Positions 1-10,467 of a DNA stretch of 64,000 nt are shown here, one piece after another. Numbering within the stretch: position 1 is the first letter of the stretch; each line of letters opens with the position of its first letter. The DNA is from Phycisphaeraceae bacterium (lineage in GTDB: Bacteria > Planctomycetota > Phycisphaerae > Phycisphaerales > Phycisphaeraceae). The stretch lies in the NCBI GenBank assembly GCA_963674705.1, contig OY771506.1, positions 5,440,001 through 5,504,000 on the forward strand, written 5' to 3'. The notes under the pieces are model-generated. The model made no database searches, was not told where the DNA came from, and saw nothing but the letters and a program-made list of their open reading frames with translations. The position numbers were made by a program, and so were the translations under genes.

Positions 1-658
1 GTCCGTGCAACAACGACCACCACTGCATCAATCCCGCAACGATCGGCGGACTGAACGCCAGCACCGTAATCACCACCAGCGACAAACCCAGATACACCCC
101 CACCGCGATCATCACCGCCGCCAGCACATGCGCCACGGTCAGCGCAACATAAGATGCAAACCCACGCTGGCAGCCAAGCAGCCCCATCGCCCCCAATGAA
201 AACGGCAAGCCCACAAACGCCATCACCAGCATCACCAGCGATACCCCCTGCGCCTCCGTCTCAGCCTGCACACTCTCCACATTCAAGAACGTCGCCCAAG
301 GCACAAGCCAACCCAACGCAATCGTGACCAGCGCCAACCCCGTCGAGATCAGACTTACCAGCACCAGCGCCGTCGTCAGCGCCCGCCTCGCTGCCTCTTT
401 ATCCGTCGATGCGATCCCACCCAACCGCGTCAGTAGTGCGCTTTGCACCCCCAGATGCGAAGTTAGCGCCCACGCCCCGATCGACCACGCCGTCGTCCAC
501 ATCCCGAACCGTTCGCTGCCGATATAACGCAACAGCAACCCAAGGATCACGAACTGCGATAGCGCGTATATACCCTGAAACACCACCCCCGCCGCCGTGG
601 CATGCATCACGCCCCGTGCTCGCGAAGCGGTCGGATTCTCCTGCGCAGTTTGCGTCAA
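1..658 (-). CDS. Wzx-like polysaccharide flippase / MATE-superfamily membrane protein, runs off the window start
   Basis: Not in the ORF track. Manual minus-strand translation from TTG at 658 gives MTQTAQENPTASRARGVMHATAAGVVFQGIYALSQFVILGLLLRYIGSERFGMW..., open to position 1. It has many TM helices, a flippase-type R-Y-x-G-x-E-x-F-G motif, and follows GT2 genes. Confidence 0.7.
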   Translation of the reverse strand, partial: MTQTAQENPTASRARGVMHATAAGVVFQGIYALSQFVILGLLLRYIGSERFGMWTTAWSIGAWALTSHLGVQSALLTRLGGIASTDKEAARRALTTALVLVSLISTGLALVTIALGWLVPWATFLNVESVQAETEAQGVSLVMLVMAFVGLPFSLGAMGLLGCQRGFASYVALTVAHVLAAVMIAVGVYLGLSLVVITVLAFSPPIVAGLMQWWSLLHG

Positions 659-701
659 GCGGTCACATCTCGCGTTCGTTGATTAACTTGCCTGTCCACA
701 T

Positions 702-1769
702 TCACCAGAATATCACCCACTTCACACACCACCAATAAGCGCCCAATACCGGGTTCGCCACATACTTCAATACCGCTCCGCCCAGCGACGGATGTTCGAT
801 CATACCTATCATTTGTTTTGCAAATTCGCGATCCTTGATCTTCCGCTTCTGCTGCGCGATCCGTCTGCGCGCCAGCACGCGCTGACGACACGCGGGATTG
901 AAAAAATACTTCCACGCCCGCCACTTATCGGTGAATTTGCCTATCAGAAATGAATACAACACCTGCCCCGCTTCCATCAGCAATATCGCCGGCAGAATCA
1001 GCACAAGCGTCTTCCACTTGTAATACACCAACAATAGCCACCAGCGGTTGCGCTCAAGAAAATAGTAATGCCGCTGTATCGCCCCGCTCGCATCAAACTT
1101 ATGCGACACACGGCTGCTCGGCACAAGCTCGTGCTTCAATCCCTGCTGACTCAACTTCCAACCAAGGTCTGTATCCTCGCAATACAAAAACATCTCCGGC
1201 TCAAACAGTCCGTGCTCAGACAATAAACTTGCCCGCACCATCATCGCCGCGCCCGAGCTGTACCCGATCCGCCAGGGTTTCTTCTCATAAGGAATCGGCT
1301 GCCCGCACAGACTCACCAACCCAAACCCAAGATAGTGCGACCGATTCCCCGCCGTGTTCACCAGCCCCGGCTCGTCATACAACGTGATCATCGGCTGACA
1401 CGTCCCCGTACCCGGCTCAGCCTCCAGCCTCTCGATCAACGGATCGAGCCAACCCCGATCCGGGTCCGTGTCCGGATTCAATAACGCCACGTACCGCACG
1501 CGCGGATAACGTTCGCGAATAAAATCCCAACCCACATTATTCCCCCCCGCAAACCCCAAATTCTCGCCCGGCTCAATCACATCCACTTCAGGAAACATCT
1601 CGCGAACATATTCAGCCGACCCATCCTCCGACCCGCAGTCCACCACCACCACACGCACGCGCACCGATTTATCCGCCCAGCGGTCCTTGTCCGCCAGGCA
1701 CTCAGCCAGATCATCCCGGCTGTTATACGCCACAATGATCACCGCGACTTCGATCGATTCATCCGTCAA
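702..1769 (-). CDS. Glycosyltransferase family 2 (WbbL/rhamnosyltransferase-like)
   Basis: Motifs VIIVAYN, VVDCGSEDGS, NLGFAGGNN, LLNPD, FLYCEDTDL. Confidence 0.9.
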   Translation of the reverse strand: MTDESIEVAVIIVAYNSRDDLAECLADKDRWADKSVRVRVVVVDCGSEDGSAEYVREMFPEVDVIEPGENLGFAGGNNVGWDFIRERYPRVRYVALLNPDTDPDRGWLDPLIERLEAEPGTGTCQPMITLYDEPGLVNTAGNRSHYLGFGLVSLCGQPIPYEKKPWRIGYSSGAAMMVRASLLSEHGLFEPEMFLYCEDTDLGWKLSQQGLKHELVPSSRVSHKFDASGAIQRHYYFLERNRWWLLLVYYKWKTLVLILPAILLMEAGQVLYSFLIGKFTDKWRAWKYFFNPACRQRVLARRRIAQQKRKIKDREFAKQMIGMIEHPSLGGAVLKYVANPVLGAYWWCVKWVIFW

Positions 1770-1815
1770 TCAAACCTCACTCGTTACTCACACGACACCA
1801 GATGCCACCGGTTGG

Positions 1816-1900
1816 GGGTGCCACACTTTGACTCCGAAGGAGCAAAGTGTGTAAGTACCAGCACACTTTGCCGCTGCGCGGTCAAAGTGCTGCACCCATC
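1816..1900. repeat. Inverted pair of REP-like hairpins (family GGGTGCC-CACTTTG...CAAAGTG); another copy at 11567-11606
   Basis: GGGTGCCACACTTTGACTCCGAAGGAGCAAAGTGTG followed by inverted GCACACTTTGCCGCTGCGCGGTCAAAGTGCTGCACCCATC. Confidence 0.75.
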
Positions 1901-1903
1901 TCA

Positions 1904-2269
1904 TTATGCATCCTCCGCATCATCATCAGGCATCGCATCAAGCCCCTGCTTATGCATCAATACCCCCACGTGCTGCGCCAGCGTGGTGATACGCCTCTCC
2001 TGAACACTTACGATCGAAAGCAACTTGAAGATCATCAGCATGAAAAACATCGTCACGCCGATCAGCGCAAGCGTTCGGTAGTCGATGTCCAGCAGGTTCG
2101 CGATGTACCCCAGCGCATCCCGCCAAAGCGCAAGCACCAGGAAAGGCAAACCCGTCAACGCAAAGATCAACACGTACCGTTCCTTGAGCCTCCCGGCGCG
2201 CAGACTCCGCACCGCAAGCAAAAGAATCGTTGCGCCGATCACAAGCACGATGATGTTCCGCAGGATCAT
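1904..2269 (-). CDS. DUF2304-family small membrane protein
   Basis: 121 aa, three TM segments, RLKERY and C-terminal RRITTLAQ; usual position downstream of a DPM1-like GT2. Confidence 0.8.
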   Translation of the reverse strand: MILRNIIVLVIGATILLLAVRSLRAGRLKERYVLIFALTGLPFLVLALWRDALGYIANLLDIDYRTLALIGVTMFFMLMIFKLLSIVSVQERRITTLAQHVGVLMHKQGLDAMPDDDAEDA

Positions 2270-2271
2270 CC

Positions 2272-3021
2272 CTACCTCGCTTTCTGCGGCCAGGGCCGAC
2301 GTACCGTGTCCAGCACCAGGGCCGTACTCACCTTCAGGATATAGAAAACGCCTTTCAAAAACGGGATACTCGTCCGCCCCGCCATCCTCTCACGCATCAC
2401 GACCGGCGTCTCCGCCACCCGGTACCCCGCACGCTGCAAAAGCAAAATCACCTCGGGCTCAGGATAATCTTCAGGATACCAATGCGCAAACGCTTCGATC
2501 ACCTGTCGATTACACACGCGAAACCCGCTCGTGCAGTCCGTGATGGTTTGTCCCGTTAAAAGCCGCAATACCGTCCGCACCACGCCGATCCCCGCCGCCC
2601 GCGCCGCAGGTGGCCGATAGTTTTCTTCATCATTCAAAAACCGCGACCCGATCACCATGTCCGCCCCGCTCTGCTCGATCGCCGTCAGCAGCTTATGCGC
2701 CTCGCCCGCCGGGTGCTGCCCGTCCCCATCGACCTGCATCGCCAGGTCATACCCATACACAAACGCATACTTGTACCCCGCCTGCATCGCCCCCCCGATC
2801 CCCAGGTTAAAGGGCAGTCGCAAGACTCTTGCACCCTCCGGCACTGCCTCATGCGTCCCGTCCGTCGAACCGTCATCAACAACCAACACATCCGCCTGCG
2901 GCAAATCCCGACGCAGTTCTTCTACCACCTGCCCCACGCTCCCCGCCTCATTAAACGCAGGCACAATCACCAGGCACCTGCCCGATCCCTGCCTCGCCGG
3001 ATTGTCCCGTGTTTCCTGCAT
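2272..3021 (-). CDS. GT2 glycosyltransferase, DPM1-like (polyprenol-phosphate glycosyltransferase)
   Basis: Motifs IVPAFNE, VVDDGSTD, NLGIGGA, VDGDGQH, GSRF, DCTSGFR. Confidence 0.9.
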   Translation of the reverse strand: MQETRDNPARQGSGRCLVIVPAFNEAGSVGQVVEELRRDLPQADVLVVDDGSTDGTHEAVPEGARVLRLPFNLGIGGAMQAGYKYAFVYGYDLAMQVDGDGQHPAGEAHKLLTAIEQSGADMVIGSRFLNDEENYRPPAARAAGIGVVRTVLRLLTGQTITDCTSGFRVCNRQVIEAFAHWYPEDYPEPEVILLLQRAGYRVAETPVVMRERMAGRTSIPFLKGVFYILKVSTALVLDTVRRPWPQKAR

Positions 3022-3106
3022 AGCCAGACACTGTAAACCAAAAACAAAACCCAGGGCTCCCGCCCTGGGCTATATGGTAATCGTTTAGGTTTCCGTCGGC
3101 CGCCCC

Positions 3107-3207
3107 TGTAAAGCCGCGACCATCGGTCGCGCCCCATATGCAATAAATCAATACGCTCCATAAACAACCGACGTCACTGTGGCGCGACCAATGGTCGCGG
3201 CTTTACA
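3107..3207. repeat. Inverted pair of REP-like hairpins (TGTAAAGCCGCGACCA..TGGTCGCG)
   Basis: TGTAAAGCCGCGACCATCGGTCGCGCC at 3107-3133 and its inverted copy GGCGCGACCAATGGTCGCGGCTTTACA at 3181-3207. A separate CCCAGGGCTCCCGCCCTGGG hairpin lies at ~3050-3069. Confidence 0.75.
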
Positions 3208-3212
3208 TGCCA

Positions 3213-4508
3213 TCAGTGCGGCATCGGGTACTTCTTGCAGAAGCCCTTCACCTCATCGCATATCTTCGCAAGCACTGCTTCGTCGCCGTTGCTGCCAAGC
3301 ACGCGGTCGATCATGTCTGCGACAGTGTTCATGTCCGCTTCCTTCAGGCCGCGCGTCGTCAGGGCGGGCGTGCCCAATCGCACACCGCTTGTCTGGAACG
3401 GCGAACGCTCATCCTGCGGGACCGTGCTCTTGCTCGTGATGATCCCCGCCTGCTCCAGCCACAGCGCCGCGATCTTCCCGCTCATGTCCGGGTGCGTCTT
3501 GCGGAAGTCCACCACCATCAGGTGATTGTCCGTGCCGTTGGCGGTCAGCTTGTAACCCTTATCCATCAGCGCCTTGGCGAGCGCCGCCGCGTTCTTCACG
3601 ACCTGCTGACTGTACGTCTTGAATTCAGGCTTAAGCGCCTCGCCGAACGCGACCGCCTTCGCCGCGATCACGTGCATCAAGGGACCACCCTGGATGCCCG
3701 GGAACACCGCGCGGTCGATCTTCTTGGCGATCTCTTCATCATTGGTCATCACCAGACCACCACGCGGACCACGCAGCGTCTTGTGCGTCGTCGTCGTCAC
3801 TACGTGGCAATGCGGGAACGGCGAAGGATGCACGCCCGTCGCAACCAGCCCCGCGATGTGGGCGATGTCCGCCATCAGTAACGCGCCGCATTCATCCGCC
3901 ACCGCGCGAAACTTCGCGAAGTCGATGATCCGTGAATACGCCGAGTAGCCCGCGATGATCAACTTCGGTTTATGCTTCAAACAAACTTCACGGACGTTGT
4001 CGTAATCGATATGCCCGTACTTCGGATCGTTCTGATCCTCAACCAGTGAGTAGTGCTCAGGCTTGAACCACTTGCCCGAGATATTCACCGGCGAGCCATG
4101 CGTCAGGTGTCCCCCCTCGCTGAGCACGATGCTGCTGAACGTGTCGCCCGGCTCAAGCAGCGCGACGAATACCGACATGTTCGCGTTCGCCCCCGAGTGC
4201 GGCTGAACGTTCGCGTACTTGCAGCCGAACAGCTTCGTCACTCGATCGATCGCGACGGTTTCCACATCGTCATAAAACTTGCAACCCGAGTAGTACCGCT
4301 TGCCGGGATAACCCTCACAGTACTTGTTGGTCATGCAGGAACCCATCGCGGCCATCACGGCCAGGCTCGTGTGGTTCTCGCTGGCGATCAGCTCGAGCTG
4401 CTCGTCCTGGCGCTGCTGCTCCAGGCGGATAATCTCGGCAACCTGCGGGTCGGTCTTGGCGATCACTTGGTCGGGGGCATACGTCACGGAATCGGTCTGG
4501 GCGGTCAT
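3213..4508 (-). CDS. glyA: Serine hydroxymethyltransferase
   Basis: [31 protein letters not shown]-lysine motif [14 protein letters not shown]. Confidence 0.98.
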   Translation of the reverse strand: MTAQTDSVTYAPDQVIAKTDPQVAEIIRLEQQRQDEQLELIASENHTSLAVMAAMGSCMTNKYCEGYPGKRYYSGCKFYDDVETVAIDRVTKLFGCKYANVQPHSGANANMSVFVALLEPGDTFSSIVLSEGGHLTHGSPVNISGKWFKPEHYSLVEDQNDPKYGHIDYDNVREVCLKHKPKLIIAGYSAYSRIIDFAKFRAVADECGALLMADIAHIAGLVATGVHPSPFPHCHVVTTTTHKTLRGPRGGLVMTNDEEIAKKIDRAVFPGIQGGPLMHVIAAKAVAFGEALKPEFKTYSQQVVKNAAALAKALMDKGYKLTANGTDNHLMVVDFRKTHPDMSGKIAALWLEQAGIITSKSTVPQDERSPFQTSGVRLGTPALTTRGLKEADMNTVADMIDRVLGSNGDEAVLAKICDEVKGFCKKYPMPH

Positions 4509-4563
4509 CTAGGAAGCTCCTGGTTAGGGTTAAGAGGCATCCTAGCCGGTGCGTGTCAGCGGT

Positions 4564-7500
4564 TCAATTGCCGCCGCTTTTGCCCGTCAGAACCAGCGTC
4601 CGCCCGCCCACGCCAAGCAGCAGCGAATCATTGATCAGCACGCTGTTGGCCGGGTTGATCGGCATCTCGATCTGCTTCAGATCCGCTTCATAAACAAGCG
4701 AACCCGTCCCGCGATCCAGCACGTACAGCCGATACCCCGAATTCTCCGACCATTCCGCGGCCCGCTGCGCCACCCGAATAAGCGCTTCTTCAAGCTCCGG
4801 CCGACCCTCCACGCGGATCTGCTGCACATTCGGGATCTGCACCGGCCTGACCCCGCCGAGGATGCAAAGATAATCCTCGCTGACGTACTGCTTCTGGATC
4901 GTCCCGACCGGGGCGCAGATCGCATCCGCCCAGAGCAGCTTGCCCTGTGCATCGAGTGCAGCGGCACGCATGGGTGTTGCGGTGTACCACGGGCCGTCCG
5001 CTTCGATCGTATCGAACATCATCGGCCGACCGTTGGTCGTGCGGATCGGTAGTTGATTCACTTCATGACCGGTTTCCGTATCAATCACCAGGCTCGAACC
5101 GACTTGTCCGCGCTGATCGGACAGCATCAGAAGCTTGCCGCCGAGTTTGTATTGCTGGTAGTTGGAACGTAGCTGTAATTCGCTGTGCCATTCGGTTCGG
5201 CCGCTGGTCGGTTCATATGCACTGAGGCTCGCGGGCATCGCGCTGATCAATAAACCGCTGTCCGTAAAGCCTATCCAGGAAGGGACTTTCTCCGTCTGGA
5301 TCACGGTTTCCAACGGCTCGCCGGTCAGGGTATCCAGCAGCGAGATGATGCCGTGCTGGGCCGCGGTGTCCGCCCAGCTTGCCCCGGCAAGTGCCACTAG
5401 ATCATTACCCAGCGCGATCGATGTCAGGTTGTCAGCTTGCCCGAGCATCTGCCAACGCACCCGCCCGCTAGCCCGATCAACACACACGGCGCGGCCCAAG
5501 CTGTCTGCAAGCAATACCGACGTCAGGTCCACAGTCATGTACAGGCCGGACTCGGGCTCATTGTCGGCAAGCCTTGGACTCCTAACAACTGCACCACCAA
5601 GTATTTGCACGAACTGTTTCTGCTGGGCGGTTCGGCGCTGCTCCTGAAGCTGCGGATCGCCCGCGTTTTCCAAGGCGCTTGCGCAGTCGATCGTATCCCA
5701 CAGCGAAGCGCCGGTTCGGCTGTCGATCGCGCCGAGCTGCTTAGTCTGCGTCGACCACCAGATCACCTGCCGGCTGTCCATGACAAGCACCTGCAAATCA
5801 CGTACGGGTACCGGCTTTCGCCAGAGTTCCTCCAGCCCGCCTGCGGCAAGCAGCCATATCTCCTGGCCATCGGTCATCAGGACATGGTCTAAATCAACGA
5901 TAGCATCCTTGACCTGCTGCTCAACCGGGATCGGCCGACCGTCGATCCAACGCGGTTCACCGCTGGGTAGATCGAAGCGTGGCAAGCGCTGCGCCATCGA
6001 AAGGATCAGATCGAGTTCGCTTAACCAAGATTGGATATGCACTTGCTGATCATCACGCATCAGCAGCATGTCCGGGTGCTGACGCTTTACGCGCTTCAGC
6101 CAACGTTTTGCAAGCTCCGGCCGCTCGTTGTCCATGTATAGCGAGACGATCCGCGAAGAGACCGTAGCAAGCTGGGCGTCATCAATGCTATCCAGATACA
6201 GCACCTGCAGTTGTCGAAGCGCCGCGTTGATGTCGTGCGCTTCAAGGCTAAGGTCGGCCGCCATCTGACGAGCCTCGTTGACGGAACTCGCGAGCGGGTA
6301 GCGATCTGCTAAGGCGACGTATCGCTTCGGGTCCGACTCCATCGTGTTGATCAGTTCGCTTAACTCATGCTCAGCCAAGAGGTCATATTCCTGATAGATC
6401 TCGCGGCCGTGCTCCTGTACAAGAGAGCTGATCCGGCGTTTGGCTTCGAGGCCGGCTTGTCGGGCGCTTTGGCCGACGTTGTACAGTTCCATGGCAAGCG
6501 ACTGGTCGGCCAGGATCGCCTGGTAGTGTTCGATGGCCCGTGTGGGATCGCCGGTCTCGACGAAGTATCCGCCGCGCAGAAGCTGGTAAGTCGCTTCCTG
6601 GAAAGGGTTCGCGGTCGTAGCGGCCATGCGGTCGAGCAGATCGCCACGCAGCTTGACGTTCGCACCGCTCAGCGGATTGACGATGTCGCGCAACTGATTG
6701 AACACCTTCAGCTGGGCCGGGTCTTCTTGATCGGGCGCGGGTGCCGCTTCGCCGACAGCAGCAAGTGCAAGATCAACCCCTTCAAGTACTTGTGCATCCC
6801 GATCGGTACGCAGCGCCAGCCGCGCCATCGCCATCCCCGGCCTGGGATCGGCCGGATCGAGTTCGGCGAGTTTCTTGAGTTGATCGTACGCCACGGCCCA
6901 GTCGGTGTAAGCCTGAATGTCCGCCATCGATGCGATAACCAACTGCCCTGAAGCCAGCGCGATGTTACCCGGAGCCGGGATGGGAACATCGTTAACCACT
7001 GAGCCGTTCGATAGATCCAGCGCCATCAATCGGTGGTCAGTGCAGAAGATGACCATGCCTTTGGGCTGCGGCTGGTCATCCGATTGCCAGAGGACGATGG
7101 CGGGTTTACCGCGCACTTCCCCCTCGAGCCTGGCATCAAGCGGCTTGTGCCAGAGGTGTTCAAGCGTTTGCCCATCAAAGCAACTGACTGATTTACCAAC
7201 AGTTATCACATGATCGCCGGCGACGTAACAGGCTTGTGCATCTTTCCAGTCCGCGTGATCCAGTTGACGCAGGACCTCGCCTGTCTGGGCATTGAGGAGC
7301 CAGTATGGATCGTCGGCATTAGCCGATGGCACGAGCAGGCCTGCATCCACGAGGACCGGGCTGGGGATATCCTTGCTGGGTCCATAGGCTCGACGGATCA
7401 TCGGCTTGTCATCGGTGTCGAAAGGCAGGATCGTGACCCAATGCACGGTGCCGGTTCTGCTGTCTAGCGCGACCACCGTCCCCCGGTTATCCGTTGCATA

Positions 7501-8925
7501 GACATGCCCGGCATCCAAGCTGAGCCTGACATCGGGACCGATGTTGTAATTCGTTTGCGTAGAAGTACTTGAAAGGTGTCTGCGCCAGAGCAGCGACCCA
7601 TCCTCCGGGTCGATCGCAGTCAGGTAGGCATCGTGCAGGCCCGAGACGTTGACACGTTTAGCGACGACGTAGAGCCGATCGCCATGTCCGATCGGCGTGC
7701 CGTCGAACTCGGCACCAGTGAGTGCGGGATCAAGCTTCTCAGCCGAGATGCGCCAGAGCACCTCGCCGTCCTCCGCGCGCAACGCGATAAGTTCGGCATC
7801 CGCCCCCTCGATGCCGCGTATGCCCAGGGCACTAACATGAAATCCGAGTAATGCAAATATGCGGTCGTCCTGAATGAGTAATCCACGAGGATTGATGCGC
7901 ATACCTCTGACGCGATTGGTGAGCATGCGCACAGAATCGTCTTGTTGATTCTCCCATGCCTGGGACCAGAGTTTCCAACCGGAGGCGCGGTCGTAGGCCT
8001 CGATCTTGTGGCCGAGGTTGATGAAGACGCGCTCGTGATCGATGACCGGAATCACGCGCAGGACCACCTGGTCGGCGGGCAGTTCACGGACATCCATCCG
8101 CTGATTCACGTTCTGCCAGAGTTCATCTGACAGGTCGATCTCCCAGAGCGGCGCATCGAGTGTGTCGGGCAGTTGGACGGGGCCTGCCTGGGCATGGTTA
8201 TGCAGCCGAAGCGGCGGGTGGATACGGTGCGTGAGTGACTCAAGTGTATCGATGGATTGCTCGTCGCCGATTTGTTCGAGCAGCGCGTGTTGCGTTTGGT
8301 ACGCATCGTCATCCCCCATAAGCATCGCCGCGACGCCCAGCAACATGTGATAGCGCGCCTGCTGCGACGTCAGGTCGGGATGGTCGCTTAGTTGTTCAAG
8401 CACACTTAACGCATCAGCGCCTTCAGCCCTTTCAAGGTGATACGCGCTTAATGCCAGTGCGGCTTCCAACGCGCTTGGCGTCAGCGGATACCGTGTGAAT
8501 ACATCACGCAATGCATCGGCATCGATCGATTGATTTACGGTCGGCAGCGCCTTGTGTAGCTCGCGTGAAGCGGCGGGCTCGAACATCGAGCAATAGGCTT
8601 GCAGCAGTTGGTCATCGGTCTGCAATTCCCGACGCACCCAAATCACAGCGTCGGTATAGGCGTTTTCGCCGACAGGCATGAGCTTGTGTGGATACTCATC
8701 GATGACCTGTTGAAGTAACTGCGCGGCATCCGCGTAGCGGCGTTCCTTGACCATGTCGCGCGCCTGGTAGCCAAGCTCCTGCGCGGCGGGTGAATCTTCG
8801 ATGTAGACGGTGGGCTGGTTGGGCTGGATCGCCTGACCCGACGCATCGATGGGCCCGGGTACAGTCGCCGCGAAGGCGAACAGCGGGAGGAGAAGCAACC
8901 GGACTCGTCGGCGGCGTTGGGCCAT
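4564..8925 (-). CDS. Large secreted protein with PQQ/BamB-like beta-propeller repeats and TPR-like helical segments
   Basis: Start moved to ATG 8925 (MAQRRRRVRLLLLPLFAF, signal peptide). Repeated LDxxTGxxxW propeller motifs alternate with helical TPR-like regions. Confidence 0.75.
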   Translation of the reverse strand: MAQRRRRVRLLLLPLFAFAATVPGPIDASGQAIQPNQPTVYIEDSPAAQELGYQARDMVKERRYADAAQLLQQVIDEYPHKLMPVGENAYTDAVIWVRRELQTDDQLLQAYCSMFEPAASRELHKALPTVNQSIDADALRDVFTRYPLTPSALEAALALSAYHLERAEGADALSVLEQLSDHPDLTSQQARYHMLLGVAAMLMGDDDAYQTQHALLEQIGDEQSIDTLESLTHRIHPPLRLHNHAQAGPVQLPDTLDAPLWEIDLSDELWQNVNQRMDVRELPADQVVLRVIPVIDHERVFINLGHKIEAYDRASGWKLWSQAWENQQDDSVRMLTNRVRGMRINPRGLLIQDDRIFALLGFHVSALGIRGIEGADAELIALRAEDGEVLWRISAEKLDPALTGAEFDGTPIGHGDRLYVVAKRVNVSGLHDAYLTAIDPEDGSLLWRRHLSSTSTQTNYNIGPDVRLSLDAGHVYATDNRGTVVALDSRTGTVHWVTILPFDTDDKPMIRRAYGPSKDIPSPVLVDAGLLVPSANADDPYWLLNAQTGEVLRQLDHADWKDAQACYVAGDHVITVGKSVSCFDGQTLEHLWHKPLDARLEGEVRGKPAIVLWQSDDQPQPKGMVIFCTDHRLMALDLSNGSVVNDVPIPAPGNIALASGQLVIASMADIQAYTDWAVAYDQLKKLAELDPADPRPGMAMARLALRTDRDAQVLEGVDLALAAVGEAAPAPDQEDPAQLKVFNQLRDIVNPLSGANVKLRGDLLDRMAATTANPFQEATYQLLRGGYFVETGDPTRAIEHYQAILADQSLAMELYNVGQSARQAGLEAKRRISSLVQEHGREIYQEYDLLAEHELSELINTMESDPKRYVALADRYPLASSVNEARQMAADLSLEAHDINAALRQLQVLYLDSIDDAQLATVSSRIVSLYMDNERPELAKRWLKRVKRQHPDMLLMRDDQQVHIQSWLSELDLILSMAQRLPRFDLPSGEPRWIDGRPIPVEQQVKDAIVDLDHVLMTDGQEIWLLAAGGLEELWRKPVPVRDLQVLVMDSRQVIWWSTQTKQLGAIDSRTGASLWDTIDCASALENAGDPQLQEQRRTAQQKQFVQILGGAVVRSPRLADNEPESGLYMTVDLTSVLLADSLGRAVCVDRASGRVRWQMLGQADNLTSIALGNDLVALAGASWADTAAQHGIISLLDTLTGEPLETVIQTEKVPSWIGFTDSGLLISAMPASLSAYEPTSGRTEWHSELQLRSNYQQYKLGGKLLMLSDQRGQVGSSLVIDTETGHEVNQLPIRTTNGRPMMFDTIEADGPWYTATPMRAAALDAQGKLLWADAICAPVGTIQKQYVSEDYLCILGGVRPVQIPNVQQIRVEGRPELEEALIRVAQRAAEWSENSGYRLYVLDRGTGSLVYEADLKQIEMPINPANSVLINDSLLLGVGGRTLVLTGKSGGN

Positions 8926-8992
8926 GCCATGGATTCTAGGCGGGGCGCGGCCACGACGCACAGCCGGGCGGGAATCCGCTAAACTTTCAGGT

Positions 8993-9901
8993 ATGGCAAG
9001 TCCCTTTACTATTGTTGGTCTCGGTGAATCCCTGTTCGACATCATGGGTGATACCCAGCACCCGGGCGGGGCGCCGATGAACGTGGCGATCCATGCTCAT
9101 CAGCTCGGCAAGGCGGCAGGTGGCCGCGGCGTGATGGTCAGCCGGGTCGGACAGGACGACATGGGCAACCAGATCATCGACCTGCTGCGTGAGCGCGGGA
9201 TGACGACGGACTTCATCCAGACCGATCCGGATCACCCGACCGGCCGGGTGTATGTCGAGACCGACAGCAGCGGCGAACCCAGCTACGAAATCGTGGAAAA
9301 CGCGGCGTGGGACCTGATCCAGTACGACCCGGACATGGATTCATTGGCGTTATCGTGCGACGGGCTGTGCTTCGGCAGCCTGGCGCAACGGCACGCGCAA
9401 TCGCGCGGCAGTATTTACCGCTTCGTTGAGACGAGCCGGGCACGGTACAAGATGTTCGATGTGAACCTGCGCAAGCCGTTCTACACGCGCCAGCACATCC
9501 TGCGCAGTTGCGAACTGGCGACGGTGGTAAAGCTGAACATCCATGAGCTGGATGAATTGCAGGACATGCTCTCGCTGGGCGAGGGTTCTGCGGACGATCG
9601 TGCAAAGCGATTGATCGAAGCGTACAAGCTGAGGATGGTGGTGCTGACGCGCGGCAAGCAAGGGACGGTCTTGTACACGCCGGACGGCCGATTCGAGGGC
9701 GAACCTGTTTCGTACGATCGTGAAGAAGGCGCGGACTCGGTCGGCGCAGGCGATGCGTGTTCCGCGGCGGTGCTGGTGGGTAAGGCGCTACGCATGTCGA
9801 ATGAAAAGGTTGCAACGTTTGCGAATCACGCCGGGGCGTTTGTAGCGAGTAAAGCGGGGGCAACGCCGGTGATGGGGGAAGAGGTGATTGCTAATTTGTA
9901 A
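8993..9901 (+). CDS. PfkB-family carbohydrate kinase (fructokinase-like)
   Basis: GESLFD, PGGAPMNVA, SRVGQDDMG, FDVNLR, DSVGAGDA; start at ATG 8993. Confidence 0.92.
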   Translation: MASPFTIVGLGESLFDIMGDTQHPGGAPMNVAIHAHQLGKAAGGRGVMVSRVGQDDMGNQIIDLLRERGMTTDFIQTDPDHPTGRVYVETDSSGEPSYEIVENAAWDLIQYDPDMDSLALSCDGLCFGSLAQRHAQSRGSIYRFVETSRARYKMFDVNLRKPFYTRQHILRSCELATVVKLNIHELDELQDMLSLGEGSADDRAKRLIEAYKLRMVVLTRGKQGTVLYTPDGRFEGEPVSYDREEGADSVGAGDACSAAVLVGKALRMSNEKVATFANHAGAFVASKAGATPVMGEEVIANL

Positions 9902-9956
9902 TTGCTGATCTGTAATCGTTAATCGCGGATGTGAAGTCTGTCATAAAAAATATATA

Positions 9957-10164
9957 CCCCGAAGGGGTAACAGCGTGTAGCCACGGGTGGAGCGAAGCGC
10001 AACCCGTGGGTATCGAGTGGTATCGTTAGTTTTAATCCGCCCCGGAGGGGCGGCGCAACGGCTACTGCCTTCACCCCTTCCGGGGTGATTAATAGTATTC
10101 GACACTTCTTCCACGGGTTGCGCTGCGCTGCACCCGTGGCTACAACCCGACGCCCCTTCGGGGC
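9957..10164. repeat. GTAG-type REP doublet (REPIN/BIME-like) with flanking CCCC-GAAGGGG hairpins
   Basis: GTAG-CCACGGGTGGAGCGAAGCGCAACCCGTGG at 9977-10009 and inverted CCACGGGTTGCGCTGCGCTGCACCCGTGG-CTAC at 10111-10143. The whole ~200 bp unit is an imperfect inverted repeat. Confidence 0.8.
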
Positions 10165-10404
10165 GGGACTCGAATTGCACGCATCAATATTCGGCAGCAA
10201 GCTGCCGGGCTAAACGGGGGTAGTGGGTAGTGAGTAGTGGGTAGTGGATCGTTATATGAATATAGGTTGCATTGAAGCCCGGCCATTGCGTGGCTGGAGA
10301 CCTACAGATGCAATCTGTGGGCTTCGGTGCGCTGAGAGTATTCAAACAGAACCACTGCCGGGAAGTGTGGCATCTTAATTAGATCTGTAAATTGATCGGG
10401 CGGA

Positions 10405-10413
10405 TGCTATAAT
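10405..10413 (+). promoter_or_regulatory. Extended -10 promoter element upstream of asd
   Basis: TGcTATAAT ~55 nt upstream of the asd ATG, which has a GGAG Shine-Dalgarno. Confidence 0.55.
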
Positions 10414-10467
10414 GCGTGGTTCGACGGTGTGTGGCCGTCAATCACTGTTAAATTGGAGAATCAGATC

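Noticed and set aside
8926..9045. Apparent overlap of the propeller gene and pfkB
   Set aside because: Disappears when starts are set at ATG 8925 (minus) and ATG 8993 (plus), leaving a normal divergent gap.
9919..10200. Small ORFs 9919-10200 and 9941-10180
   Set aside because: They are translations of the REP doublet.
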